Assembly (NCBI GenBank): GCA_012516125.1
Contig: JAAYXB010000027.1
Location: 10,592 to 74,591, forward strand
Length of the DNA stretch: 64,000 bases
Direction of reading: 5' to 3'
From: Bacillota bacterium
GTDB lineage: Bacteria > Bacillota > SHA-98 > UBA4971
The first letter of the stretch is position 1. Every line of letters begins with the position of its first letter. Positions 49,641 to 59,868 of this stretch are shown here, in pieces. Under the pieces are notes generated by a model. The model worked only from the letters and a program-made list of their open reading frames with translations. It was not told the origin of the DNA and searched no databases. The position numbers and the translations under genes are program-made.

Positions 49641-51008
49641 TCACTCCGGGTTGCCCTGCGCGTCCGAACCGTTTCCTGCACCTGGCCTCAGGATGCCTCT
49701 CCGGGACAACGCAGAAAGGCCGGCCAGCACCGCGAGTTTCACGTGGTGCCTGGATAGCCCTCCCTGGATGTACGCTATGTATGGTGGCCGAAGCGGCGCA
49801 TCCACCGTTAGCTCCGATGAAGAACCCTGCACGAAGGTTCCTCCAGCCATGATGACGCTGTCACTGTAACCGGGGAGCGGACTCGGCTCGGGGGCGTACC
49901 TGGCGTTCACGGGGCTTGCAAGATGGAAGCCGCGGCAGAACGTGAGCAGGCGGTCCCTGCTGAACGTCCTCACGGCGAGCACGGTATCGGACGACACCTC
50001 CCGCGGACCTGGCAACGTGGGATAGCCGAGCGCCCGGAAAACCTGGGCGGCAACCCGCGTGCCTGCCAGGGACTCTGCCACCACCACCGGAGCGAGGAAG
50101 AAGCCCTGCAGGATGAGGCGCGACTGCCCCAGGCTCGGTCCGACCGCCGTGCCCACCCCCGGGGCGGTGAGACGCGCGGCAATGCGCTCGACAAGGTCGC
50201 GTCTGCCGACGATGTAGCCGCCTGCGGGGGCGATCCCGCCGCCGGGGTTCTTGATGAGCGAGCCTGCTGCAATGTCCGCGCCCGCCGCCGTGGGTTCCCG
50301 ATCCTCGGTGAACTCGCCATAGCAGTTATCGACGACCACGACGACGTCCGGCTTCTCCTCCTTGACCGCACGGGCGATGCGCTCGATCTCGCTCACCGGC
50401 ACCGATGACTGCCATGTGTATCCTCGGGACCGCTGGATGAACACCACCTTCGTGCGGTCGCCGACGGCGCATCGTATCCTGTCGACATCAAAGGTTTGCC
50501 TCTCGCCCTCGCGCGGGACGACCCGCCACGTCACCCCAAGCTCCGCGCAAGACCCCGGCACGGGCCTCGCCATGCCCACCACGTCGCGCAGGGTGTCGTA
50601 AGGGTCGCCCGTGGCGAACAGGATCTCATCGCCAGGGAGAAGGAGGCCGAAGAGGCACAGGGCGAGCGCGTGGGTGCCGGAGGCTATCTGATGGCGCACT
50701 ATAGCGGCCTCAGCCCCGAACACCCTGGCGAACACCGCCTCCGCCGCCTCCCTGCCCCGATCATCGTAGCCGTACCCTGTCGTGCCGCCGAGGTCCTGGT
50801 CGGTTACCCCAGCCTCCCTGAACGCGTGGAGGACCCTGGCAAAGTTGCGGCTGGCGAGAGCATCGATGGTCTCGATGTCGTGTCTGCACGCCTCCTCTGC
50901 CTCGCGCGCAAGCGTGGCGAGGCCCGGGTCGATGTCGAGGCCGCTTTCGATGATGCCCTCGATGCCCTCGATGTCATTGATGTCCTTAATGCCCTCGCGG
51001 CCTGTCAT
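49641..51008 (-). CDS. Methionine gamma-lyase-like / YnbB aluminium-resistance family PLP enzyme
   Basis: [29 protein letters not shown] and [10 protein letters not shown]. Confidence 0.92.
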   Translation of the reverse strand: MTGREGIKDINDIEGIEGIIESGLDIDPGLATLAREAEEACRHDIETIDALASRNFARVLHAFREAGVTDQDLGGTTGYGYDDRGREAAEAVFARVFGAEAAIVRHQIASGTHALALCLFGLLLPGDEILFATGDPYDTLRDVVGMARPVPGSCAELGVTWRVVPREGERQTFDVDRIRCAVGDRTKVVFIQRSRGYTWQSSVPVSEIERIARAVKEEKPDVVVVVDNCYGEFTEDREPTAAGADIAAGSLIKNPGGGIAPAGGYIVGRRDLVERIAARLTAPGVGTAVGPSLGQSRLILQGFFLAPVVVAESLAGTRVAAQVFRALGYPTLPGPREVSSDTVLAVRTFSRDRLLTFCRGFHLASPVNARYAPEPSPLPGYSDSVIMAGGTFVQGSSSELTVDAPLRPPYIAYIQGGLSRHHVKLAVLAGLSALSRRGILRPGAGNGSDAQGNPE

Positions 51009-52192
51009 GAAAACCTTACTCCCGCTTCCTCCAGGCGCGAGACCGCCTCGTCCAGCCTGGCATCGCTGATGGTGACGGATATCCTGAAGTAACCCTCACC
51101 CGCAGACCCGTACCCGATGCCGGGCGTGACGAACACGCCCGCCTTGTCGAGGACGTGCCGCGAAAACTCTATCGATGAATACCCCTTCGGGACGGGCGCC
51201 CAAACGTAGAAGGTCCCCTTCGGGGGTTCCAGGTCCCACCCGAGGCGGTTCAGCGCGGCGACCACCTTCTCGCGGCGCCTCGCATATGCCTGCAGCGCCT
51301 GGGCGAAGTGCTCGGGCTGCGTTTCGAGGGCGGTTATCGCGGCATACTGGATGGCTTGGAAGATGCCGGAGTCGAGGTTGGTCTTGAGCCGGCCGAGCGC
51401 CTCGATGACTTCTCGGCGCCCCGCGGCCCAGCCGATCCGCCATCCGGTCATGTTGTAGGTCTTTGATAGGGAGTGAAACTCGATCCCTACTTCCTTCGCA
51501 CCGGGTACCTGGAGGAAGCTGGGGGCCACATAGCCATCGAAGGAGATCTCGCTGTACGCGGCGTCGTGGCACACGATAATGGAGTTAGCCCGCGCAAATT
51601 CCACCACAGACTCGAAGAACCCGGTCCCGTCCACTGTGGCGGCAGTCGGGTTGTTCGGGTAGTTGATGAACATCAGTTTTGCTTTCGCCCTGACATCCCT
51701 GGGGATCGCGTCGAGGTCAGGCAGCCACCCGGCCTCGGGGCGAAGTCTCATCGGGAACGGATCACCCCCTGCGAGCAGCACAGCCGTTGCGTAAACCGGG
51801 TATCCTGGGTCCGGAACGAGGGCGACGTCCCCAGGGTCGATGAAGCACCAGGGGATGTGTGCGATGCCCTCCTTCGAGCCGATGAGCGACACCACTTCGG
51901 TGTCGGGATCAAGGTCCACGTTGAACCTGCGCTTGTACCAGCCGGCCACCGCGGCGCGGTACTCCCGCAGCCCCTCGTAGCTCGGGTAACGATGGTTGGC
52001 CGGATCCTCGGCGGCTTCTTTGAGCCGCGCCACTACAGGCGCAGGCGTTGGGAAATCGGGGTCGCCGATGCCGAGACTGATGACGTCGACGCCGCGCTCG
52101 CGGGCACGGGCTATCTGGCGGTCAACCTCGGCAAAAAGATACGGCGGCAGGCTCGTGATCCTTCGTGCTTCCTGAATTCTCACTTCAACCAC
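51005..52192 (-). CDS. dapL: LL-diaminopimelate aminotransferase
   Basis: LPPYLFA, LGIGDPD, LIGSKEG, NYPNNPT and [14 protein letters not shown]; adjacent to dapF. Confidence 0.88.
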   Translation of the reverse strand: MVEVRIQEARRITSLPPYLFAEVDRQIARARERGVDVISLGIGDPDFPTPAPVVARLKEAAEDPANHRYPSYEGLREYRAAVAGWYKRRFNVDLDPDTEVVSLIGSKEGIAHIPWCFIDPGDVALVPDPGYPVYATAVLLAGGDPFPMRLRPEAGWLPDLDAIPRDVRAKAKLMFINYPNNPTAATVDGTGFFESVVEFARANSIIVCHDAAYSEISFDGYVAPSFLQVPGAKEVGIEFHSLSKTYNMTGWRIGWAAGRREVIEALGRLKTNLDSGIFQAIQYAAITALETQPEHFAQALQAYARRREKVVAALNRLGWDLEPPKGTFYVWAPVPKGYSSIEFSRHVLDKAGVFVTPGIGYGSAGEGYFRISVTISDARLDEAVSRLEEAGVRFS

Positions 52193-53070
52193 TCCTCGAG
52201 GTCATCGATGACTCCTGTGAACACGCGTGTTGCGGGGCCGGTCATGAACACATGGTTGCTCTCACTCCACTCCACGAAGAGCGTTCCGCCGGGAAGATGT
52301 ACCCGCGCTGACCTACCGGAAAACCCGCGCTCCGCCGCGGCCACGAGCGACGCGCATGCCCCTGTCCCGCACGCGAGCGTGGGCCCCGCCCCTCTCTCCC
52401 ACACGCGCACGCTAAGATCGCCTGTGTCGTTCACCTGGACGAACTCGACGTTCGTCCTGTCCGGGAAGAAGGGGTCATGTTCCACAGCCGGGCCGAGGCG
52501 CTCGAGGTCCACGGCGGCCACATCCGGCACGAATATCACGCAGTGAGGATTGCCCATGGACACGCACGTGATCTCGAGGTCGCCGGCCGCCAGGGTGCGC
52601 TTTTCGCCGATGACGGCCGGGCCGGTTGCCGCCACGGGGATGTCCTCAGGCCGAAAGCTCGGTAGACCCATGTCCACCCGGACCTGGCCCGCGAACTCGC
52701 CCTTGGTGATTATCTCCGCGCGGACGCGTGCCCCCTTCGCCTCTATCGACACGGCCTGCCCGGAGGCAAGGCCCGCGTCGCGGGCGTAGATGGCCACGCA
52801 CCGAGACGCGTTTCCACACATCCCCGCCTCGCTTCCGTCGCTGTTGAAGATACGCATGCGGACGTCCGCGCAAGTGGACGGTAGGAGCAGCACGACCCCG
52901 TCGGCACCAACGCCCGTGTGCCTCTCGCAGAGTCTGCGCGCCGCCCTTGCCCATCGTGTCGCGCCTGCGGCGGGGGGCGCGCCGGACCGCGTGAAGTCGA
53001 AGAGAATGAAGTCATTTCCAAGGCCGTGCATTTTCACAAACACGGTCCTCGCCCCAGCAGCCTTTGCCAT
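52180..53070 (-). CDS. dapF: Diaminopimelate epimerase
   Basis: [26 protein letters not shown] and [13 protein letters not shown]. Confidence 0.97.
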   Translation of the reverse strand: MAKAAGARTVFVKMHGLGNDFILFDFTRSGAPPAAGATRWARAARRLCERHTGVGADGVVLLLPSTCADVRMRIFNSDGSEAGMCGNASRCVAIYARDAGLASGQAVSIEAKGARVRAEIITKGEFAGQVRVDMGLPSFRPEDIPVAATGPAVIGEKRTLAAGDLEITCVSMGNPHCVIFVPDVAAVDLERLGPAVEHDPFFPDRTNVEFVQVNDTGDLSVRVWERGAGPTLACGTGACASLVAAAERGFSGRSARVHLPGGTLFVEWSESNHVFMTGPATRVFTGVIDDLEEWLK

Positions 53071-53162
53071 CGTATGCTCGTCCCTTTCCTAAGCGCCGCG
53101 CGGCCTGCATGCCCGGGCCTCGACCAGACTTTGTCGAGAGTCGTTCATCCGTTATTCGCCTG

Positions 53163-53429
53163 TTATTCGCGCTCCGGCGAGGATTTCCTGCTTGGGCCCG
53201 CAGCCTCGCTTCTCGACTCGCCGTCGGGATCCGGCATTTTCCTCGTCCCCGTCCCCGTCCCCGTCCCACATATGGTGCACCTTCCGCGCTCGAGGGATTC
53301 GCGGCGCATCTCGATGGGGGCGAACACGGCACCGTCCCTGAAGCCCTCCGCGCGACCGTGCCTGTGCCCGACGATATATCCGAGGAGGAAGGCCACGGCT
53401 ACAAGCAGAAGCCAGCCGTCAATCGACAT
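53163..53429 (-). CDS. Small membrane protein with a CxxC motif
   Basis: N-terminal TM helix, G..EG motif and GRCTICG; overlaps the upstream gene. Confidence 0.65.
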   Translation of the reverse strand: MSIDGWLLLVAVAFLLGYIVGHRHGRAEGFRDGAVFAPIEMRRESLERGRCTICGTGTGTGTRKMPDPDGESRSEAAGPSRKSSPERE

Positions 53430-54024
53430 CCGTCTCCCCTCCCCTGCTGCGTCCGGCGAGTCGACTGGCCGTCTGAATCAAGGGGGCGCAGAGGCACACG
53501 AGGAGGGTCGTGCGCCGGTCCAAGATCATGGCCGCCAGGAGCGCTATGAGGCACAGCAGGATCGCCTCGCCCCTGCCGAGGCGCCGGGCGAGGTTGGCGC
53601 GGCCTGCGGCGCGGTCGTATGCGAGGTCGTGTAGGTCGTCACCGAGCTGGACGGCGGCCATCAGCAACACGGAAACGCACGTCGTCCGCCACCCGAAGAG
53701 CAGCCACGTCACGGCAGCGACGAGCGCCGATTCCATCCACGCGGAAAGCCCCAGTGGCAGCATCTCGCTGGGGTTCTTCAGCATCCCTACCACGTAGGCT
53801 GCGAGAACGAGCGGGGTCGCAAGGCGCACGTTTATGCCACAGCCGATGAGCGCGAAGACCAGAGCGTAGAGCACGGCGCCGCTGCCCAGGGTATGCACAA
53901 GCGATGGCCGGCCCTGGGCGATGTCGGCCTCGTAGTCAAGGTGATCGTCCATCAGCTTGATGGCGGCGCCTGCCAGGGCGACTGCGAGGAGGTCCCCAAG
54001 GAACCTAGAGATTGCGGAGGACAT
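53419..54024 (-). CDS. Short UbiA-like membrane protein
   Basis: TM helices with two Asp-rich motifs (KLMDDHLDYEAD and DDLHDLAYD). Confidence 0.7.
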   Translation of the reverse strand: MSSAISRFLGDLLAVALAGAAIKLMDDHLDYEADIAQGRPSLVHTLGSGAVLYALVFALIGCGINVRLATPLVLAAYVVGMLKNPSEMLPLGLSAWMESALVAAVTWLLFGWRTTCVSVLLMAAVQLGDDLHDLAYDRAAGRANLARRLGRGEAILLCLIALLAAMILDRRTTLLVCLCAPLIQTASRLAGRSRGGETDVD

Positions 54025-54613
54025 GCCGCTTCACCTCCCGAAGGCCGGTTCTTCCTACGGCCGAAACAGGCAGCACCGTGTAGCCTGAAAACATCCTCTG
54101 GAGCCTCGCAAGGCCTCGTGCCGCGTCAGGAAGGTCCATCTTGTTCGCCACGATGAAATACCCTCCTCTGGACCCGGCGAAGTCAGCGATCTGCCGGTCG
54201 ATGGCGCCTGCAGGAGGGCCTGATCCTTCGCGTCCTGCCTCGGCCGCATCCACCACATGGACAATGACATCAGCGGGGCGGATGGCCTCCAGCGTCTGGG
54301 CCATCGCCTTTCGGACCTGGGAGTCCTTGTGGATGTAGTCGACCAGGCCCGTGGTATCCACGAGCTCCACGACCCTGCGGCCCTTTCCCGCCGGGACTCC
54401 CACCACGATCGACTGGAGGCACCTGGTCTGGTGGGGGTGTGGCCCGACCAGGTCCAGGACGGCCGCGCCTATGGCGTAGGTTTTCAGTTCCCTGCGCCCG
54501 TATGGGTCGCAAAACGTGATGTCCACGGTCCTGGCTCTGAGGTACTCGGCGAGGCTCAGGACGAGAAGGGTCTTGCCAACATTGGGCCTGCCCACGACCA
54601 CGCAACGCTTCAT
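54005..54613 (-). CDS. Stand-alone small TRAFAC (Era/HSR1-like) GTPase
   Basis: GRPNVGKT, DTTG, NKMD and SA motifs; about 202 aa, G domain only. Confidence 0.85.
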   Translation of the reverse strand: MKRCVVVGRPNVGKTLLVLSLAEYLRARTVDITFCDPYGRRELKTYAIGAAVLDLVGPHPHQTRCLQSIVVGVPAGKGRRVVELVDTTGLVDYIHKDSQVRKAMAQTLEAIRPADVIVHVVDAAEAGREGSGPPAGAIDRQIADFAGSRGGYFIVANKMDLPDAARGLARLQRMFSGYTVLPVSAVGRTGLREVKRHVLRNL

Positions 54614-54674
54614 TCCTGCACGCTGTCCCCCAGGCGGCCGGTCCCGCGCTGTGCGCCCTGTGCGCCACTTGTGG

Positions 54675-55652
54675 TTAGAAGTCCTCGGTGATGTCCTCCC
54701 TGCGGATGAGCATAAGCTCCTCGCGGGAAAGGTTCTGCTTCTCCACAAGGCGCAGCGCCTGGCGCCTGATGGCGCGTTCGATTATGTTGCGCACGAGCCG
54801 GGCGTTCCCGGAGTGCTGGTTTCCCGGACCGGCCCTTCGGCTCAGGATGAACTCCAGCCTTGCGCGGGCGGCAAGGTCAAGGCGGTAATCCCTCTTCTTT
54901 AGCATCAGGTCGGCGATGCGCAAGAGCTCGTCGGTGGTGTAGTCGGGGAACTCTATGTGGATGGGGAACCGCGACCTTATGCCGGGGTTTGTGTTGATAA
55001 ACGTCGCCATCTCGTCACGGTAGCCCGCCAGAATCACGATAAACTTATCACGAAAATCTTCCATCGCTTTTACAAGTGTATCGATCGCTTCCTTCCCGAA
55101 GTCCTTTTCGCCGCCCCGCGCCAGCGAGTAAGCCTCGTCGATAAAGAGTATTCCGCCGAGGGCCTTCTTAACCTGCTCGCGGGTCTTCTGGGCCGTATGC
55201 CCGATGTACTCTCCCACGAGGTCGGCCCGTTCCCTCTCAACGAGGTGCCCCTTCTCAAGCACCCCCATCTCCCGGAATATCTTTCCGAAGAGGCGCGCAC
55301 AGGTGGTCTTGCCTGTCCCGGGGTTGCCGCTGAATATCATGTGAAGGACGAGAGGTTCGCACGTGAGCTGGCGCGCCGCCCTGATCTGTTGGATTCGAAC
55401 GTAGGCCACGATCTCCCGCACCAGCGCTTTCACCTTACCGAGTCCGATGAGGCTATCTAGCTCCGCAAGGGCTTCCTTGAGGCGCCAGGCGCTGGCGGAT
55501 GATAGCTCTTCGGCGCGCTGCGCTCCGACCGGTCTTGCCTGCCCGGGTTCTGCCGAATGCTTCAGAACCTCGAGGGCCTCGACCGGTGAAAGCTTCCCTT
55601 CCTCCAGGCCGGCAAGGACCAGGTTCGGGTCTCTGGGGTCGAAGGCAAGCAT
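54675..55652 (-). CDS. spoVK: SpoVK/CbbX-family AAA ATPase
   Basis: LHMIFSGNPGTGKTT, ERADLVGEYIGHTAQKT, FIDEAYSLARGGEKDFG and GNARLVRN. Confidence 0.92.
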   Translation of the reverse strand: MLAFDPRDPNLVLAGLEEGKLSPVEALEVLKHSAEPGQARPVGAQRAEELSSASAWRLKEALAELDSLIGLGKVKALVREIVAYVRIQQIRAARQLTCEPLVLHMIFSGNPGTGKTTCARLFGKIFREMGVLEKGHLVERERADLVGEYIGHTAQKTREQVKKALGGILFIDEAYSLARGGEKDFGKEAIDTLVKAMEDFRDKFIVILAGYRDEMATFINTNPGIRSRFPIHIEFPDYTTDELLRIADLMLKKRDYRLDLAARARLEFILSRRAGPGNQHSGNARLVRNIIERAIRRQALRLVEKQNLSREELMLIRREDITEDF

Positions 55653-55941
55653 GACTTCGCACCACCCCCCGCACCTCTTGCACCTCTCGCACGTCTCGCA
55701 CCTCTTGTGCTCTCGCAGGCCTCGGCTCGCAGACTGTGGCGCGAAAGGCCCCGCAGAACCGGTGAACCTGACACAGGAGCGGCGTTTGACCATATATGGT
55801 ATGCAGGCGGGGAGGCACGTGTGCGCAGGCTCAGGGCCTGTCCCGGCCAGGTTCCTCCTCGTCACGTCACACATATCAACCAGCACCCCAAGCGTGGTTC
55901 GAGGGCGCGTACGGTACAGTATACTGCGGTACTGTGCGGTA

Positions 55942-55970
55942 TTGACAGGGACGGCAAGAGGTGGTAGTGT
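55942..55970 (+). promoter_or_regulatory. Sigma-A promoter of the HTH-MazF module
   Basis: TTGACA-N17-TAGTGT, preceded by three CGGTA repeats (~55915-55941). Confidence 0.5.
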
Positions 55971-56081
55971 ATAGTTGAGTGCGCACGGCTCGCCCCGGAG
56001 TGCCCAACCAGGCTGTGGCGTATGCAGGGGCGGCGAGGGGTGCCGGGGGCTACAACCCCGTTCTGTTGAGGAGGGGTCGAC

Positions 56082-56543
56082 ATGTTCGAGAAACTGCTCA
56101 CCCCCGAGGAGGCCGCCGAGAGGATGGTGGTGAGTCCGAAGACCGTTCGGGACTGGTTGAGACAGGGAAAGCTGAAAGGCATCAAAACAGGCAAACTCTG
56201 GCGTATCCGGGAGAACGACCTTGCGGAGTTCGTCGCCCGGAACACATCCGGGGCCGTCAGGTCTGACGGCCTGGAGAATGCGGTGGAGAACGCGGGGTCC
56301 ACTATCGCAGTGCGCGAGACGGCCCTGCGAAAGTATTCGGATGACAGTAACCGTGAGAATCTTTCGGACGAACGGCGTTACACGCAGCCTTCCGAAGAAG
56401 ATAGCGAGTGGCTGGAAGCGAGCATCGAAGGCCCTCTTCCCCCATACGACTGGGGTCCTGGCGGCCTTCCGAAGGCGAGGCCCGTGCACTATGTGCCTGG
56501 CAGGGGCCTTGTTATCAAAGGAGATGAGGAGAGTGGTCGGTGA
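56082..56543 (+). CDS. Excisionase-like HTH protein, putative antitoxin
   Basis: LLTPEEAAERM.VS.KTVRDWLRQGKLKG.K.GKLWRI, acidic C-terminus; overlaps the toxin gene. Confidence 0.8.
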   Translation: MFEKLLTPEEAAERMVVSPKTVRDWLRQGKLKGIKTGKLWRIRENDLAEFVARNTSGAVRSDGLENAVENAGSTIAVRETALRKYSDDSNRENLSDERRYTQPSEEDSEWLEASIEGPLPPYDWGPGGLPKARPVHYVPGRGLVIKGDEESGR

Positions 56544-56901
56544 GCGAACGGTTGCCGCGGGCGACGTGCTTCTCATGGCTCTTCCTTTCCATACTCCGAA
56601 GGGACATGAACAGGAAGGCAAGAGACCGGTGGTCGTGGTGGGATGTCCGTCTGGCACGTTGCGCTACCCAACCCTCATTGTTGTCCCTCTCACCACACAA
56701 GTCGGCCGATGGGCGCGCCAGAACCCGACCATGTATCCGAGCCTCAGCCCTGGAGAGGGAGGCTTGCCTCGCAGTTCGGTTGCGCTTCTCGACCAGCTGC
56801 GCAGCATCGACGTCCGTCGCATCGAGGGGTATCTCGGAACCCTTCGGCAAGACACGCTCAACCGGATCCGAGCCGGCATCATGCGCCTCTTTGAACCGTA
56901 G
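56524..56901 (+). CDS. mazF: PemK/MazF-family toxin
   Basis: GDV...GHEQEGKRPVVVV, VVPLTT, GGL..SSVALLDQLRSIDVRRI..YLG. Start at 56524 or 56533. Confidence 0.9.
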   Translation: MRRVVGERTVAAGDVLLMALPFHTPKGHEQEGKRPVVVVGCPSGTLRYPTLIVVPLTTQVGRWARQNPTMYPSLSPGEGGLPRSSVALLDQLRSIDVRRIEGYLGTLRQDTLNRIRAGIMRLFEP

Positions 56902-57358
56902 GGCGCCGCCACTGTAGGGCGCCGGCGCGGCGATACGGCAACGCCGCGATGCGGTGACGCGGTAGCGCGTGGACCCATGGCAGTGTCGGCCGACTGAATA
57001 CCTCCCCACCGGACCCTATATGATAGAACCCTATATGATATTCGGGGCAGGAGAAGCGCGTGTGCCGGGCGACTGGGAGGCCGGGAGGTCGGGGACTCCA
57101 CCTCGCGGCCTCTTGCAGACGGGACCACCTGTTGAAGGACGTGCCTCGGGGGCAGGCTGCTGGTACTCTGGGGTGCAAGTCGCTCTCTGGTCGGCGGACG
57201 AGAAGGCCCTGGGTAAGGGGCCTTCCCGTCTTTTCACCCGAGTTTTGCGAAGTCGATTAGCGTGCACCTGCTCGTCGAGGCTTTGTTCCAGTGTGCGACA
57301 CCGAGAGTTGCAGATACGCCGCTATCTAGGGACGGCGGAGACAGGCAGTCTCACCTAC

Positions 57359-58735
57359 CTAAAAGATGAAGCTGGCGATTACGAGCGCGACAAGCGATAC
57401 AGCCCAGCCGAGCGTCGTCGGCACTGACCAGGTCATTATCTGCTCCTTTACGTCCTCGATGCCCAGTAGCCTGTTGACTACCCAGAAGTAGCTATCGTTG
57501 AAGTATGAGAATACCATCGCGCCCAGTGCTGCTGCCTGTGCTGCCAGGACTGGGTTAACGTTCAAATTGGACAGAATGGGTGCCGTGATGGAGGCTGAGG
57601 TGATCATGGCAACGGTGCCGCTTCCCTGGACCAGACGGACGAGTGTGGCGACGGCAAATGGGAGGATGATGGCCGGCAGGGCGCAACCCGCTATTCTCTG
57701 TGCTATGAAATCCCCCACGCCGCTGGACCTTAGCACCTGACCTAGGGCGCCTCCGGCACCCGTCACTAGAATGATGATTCCGGCCGACGCAACGCCTTCC
57801 TCGACCCGCCTGAGAACGTCCTTGCGTGGAGACTGGCCCATCAGCCCGTAAATGGCGATGATGAGTCCAAGTGCTACTGCTATTATGGGGTTGCCAAGGA
57901 AGATCAGGAAGTTGGCTACTGAACCGCTGGCTTTTGCTGCGGTGAGAACGGTGTTGAGGAGGATCAGTACCACTGGAACCAGGATCGGGGCGAACGAGAT
58001 GAACGTGCCAGGTAGCACCGTCTCTTCCTCGCTGGTTGCCGCAGTCTCAGTAACGTGCACAGGGCTAGACCCTGCAGCAAGGCGTTGCCACCCGAGGCCA
58101 TCGGCTGTCGGCACCTGAGGTATCTTGCGTCCGAGCCATTTGGCATATATGACCCCTGCAACAGTAACCGGCACTGCGAAGACGAGCCCCCACAGAATCA
58201 TGAGGCCGACGTCGACTCCAAAGATCCCTGCTACTGCCAGTGGTCCGGGTGTCGGGGGAACTGCATGATGGGTTGCAACGAGACCCACTGCCAGCGACAC
58301 ACCGAGGGCCACCACCGATTTGCCGGTCCGACTCGAGAGAGCCTTCGCAATTGGGGCCAGGATCACAAAACCGGAGTCGCAGAAGATGGGAATCGACACG
58401 ACGTAGCCCGTCGCTGCGAGAGCCCACTCTTCCTTGTCACGGCCGAGGTAGCGCAAAAAGGTTCTGGCCATCCTTTCTGCCGCCCCCGACACCTCCAGGA
58501 TTCGACCCATCATGACGCCGAAGCCGATTACGATGCCTATGCTCCCGAGGGTGTTACCAAAGCCTGTAGTGATCGCCTTCGCCACGTCGGTGGCAGGCAT
58601 ACCTCCGATCAAGCCGACTAAGGCGGCGGCAATGATCAAAGCGAGAAACGCATGGATCTTTGTCCGGAGAATGAGGTAGACCAAAGCAGCGACGCCGATG
58701 ATGAGACCTACAATCATCTGGGTTCCCGAAGGCAT
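57359..58735 (-). CDS. GntP-family sugar-acid:H+ symporter
   Basis: KIHAFLAL, SIPIFCDSG, VPPTPGP, QGSGTVA and NDSYFW. Confidence 0.93.
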   Translation of the reverse strand: MPSGTQMIVGLIIGVAALVYLILRTKIHAFLALIIAAALVGLIGGMPATDVAKAITTGFGNTLGSIGIVIGFGVMMGRILEVSGAAERMARTFLRYLGRDKEEWALAATGYVVSIPIFCDSGFVILAPIAKALSSRTGKSVVALGVSLAVGLVATHHAVPPTPGPLAVAGIFGVDVGLMILWGLVFAVPVTVAGVIYAKWLGRKIPQVPTADGLGWQRLAAGSSPVHVTETAATSEEETVLPGTFISFAPILVPVVLILLNTVLTAAKASGSVANFLIFLGNPIIAVALGLIIAIYGLMGQSPRKDVLRRVEEGVASAGIIILVTGAGGALGQVLRSSGVGDFIAQRIAGCALPAIILPFAVATLVRLVQGSGTVAMITSASITAPILSNLNVNPVLAAQAAALGAMVFSYFNDSYFWVVNRLLGIEDVKEQIMTWSVPTTLGWAVSLVALVIASFIF

Positions 58736-58798
58736 ACTTGTCCCCTCCTCGGACGGAAGTTTGGCCTGGTTTCACCTTGTACTCGTTCTCGTCCCGAA

Positions 58799-59818
58799 CT
58801 ACGCCCTTCTTACCTGCGAGTACCGCGCAGCTACCCGTATCGCCTCCTCCATGCTGACAGCGCTGGCCACGCCTCGGCCGGCTATGTCAAACGCTGTGCC
58901 ATGATCAACCGACGTTCGTAGGAAGGGCAGGCCGAGCGTGACGCTAATGGTTCTCTCGAAGTCGAGAGTCTTGGTCGCTATATGACCCTGATCGTGGTAG
59001 AGAGACAGAATAGCGTCCCACTTACCCTGGAGACCTAGATGGAAAACTGAGTCTGCGCTCACTGGCCCGACAGCATCGATCCCATCCGCCCGGGCCTGCT
59101 CAATTGCAGGGGAAATCTCGCGGATTTCCTCGTCACCGAAGAGACCACCCTCACCCGAGTGCGGGTTCAGTCCGGCGACTGCGATCTTTGGTTTAGAGAA
59201 CCCGAGATCCCTTAGCGCGGATGAGACCTGCTTCAGTGTTTCGTACACTCTCTCCTTTGTCACTGCTCGGATAGCATCCATCAGTGACAGGTGGCGTGTC
59301 AGGAAAAAGACCCGAAGGTTTCTCACCGTGAACATCGTAAGTGCAAACGGGGCACCAGTCATGCTTGCATACATCTCCGTGTGACCTATGAACGGGATGC
59401 CCGCAGCCTTGATGGACTCCTTGTTTATCGGAGCGGTCGCCACGGCGTCAATCGCCTTGTTGAGACCGAGTTCAATGGAGAGCCTTACACACTCGTAGGC
59501 AATTCTACCCGCTGCGGCCTGGACTTTTCCGAATTCGACTGTGGCGTTCTCGTCATGGGTCGCCAACAGCAGGTCGATGGTTCCCGGTCGGAACCTGCCC
59601 TTGGACGGAACGTCGATGAGGTTGAAGTCGACGCGTGCCCCCAGAATCGAGGCTGCCCGCTCGAGGGATATGGGCATACCGATGACCACAGGGAGGCAGA
59701 TGTCGTATAGCTCACGGTTCGTGAGAGCCTTCACTACAATCTCTGGGCCTACTCCAGCGGGGTCGCCCATGGTTATGCCTATTACAGGCTTTTCGTCGGA
59801 AACCGAGCTTATAGTCAT
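58799..59818 (-). CDS. pdxA: PdxA-family dehydrogenase (PdxA2, D-threonate/erythronate 4-phosphate dehydrogenase by context)
   Basis: ITMGDPAGVGPE, TAPINK, GHTE, GLNPHSGE, YHDQG and RTSVDHGTAFDIAG. Confidence 0.92.
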   Translation of the reverse strand: MTISSVSDEKPVIGITMGDPAGVGPEIVVKALTNRELYDICLPVVIGMPISLERAASILGARVDFNLIDVPSKGRFRPGTIDLLLATHDENATVEFGKVQAAAGRIAYECVRLSIELGLNKAIDAVATAPINKESIKAAGIPFIGHTEMYASMTGAPFALTMFTVRNLRVFFLTRHLSLMDAIRAVTKERVYETLKQVSSALRDLGFSKPKIAVAGLNPHSGEGGLFGDEEIREISPAIEQARADGIDAVGPVSADSVFHLGLQGKWDAILSLYHDQGHIATKTLDFERTISVTLGLPFLRTSVDHGTAFDIAGRGVASAVSMEEAIRVAARYSQVRRA

Positions 59819-59868
59819 GAGCAAGCCATTCCTCTCATTAGAGTCTTCCTCCTCCGTCGGCCTACACA

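Noticed and set aside
55653-56657. 660-aa ORF suggesting a long N-terminal extension of SpoVK, including KRCETCERCKRC
   Set aside because: The extension is antisense to the HTH-MazF genes and the Cys run arises from a 9-bp tandem repeat; the likely start is 55652.
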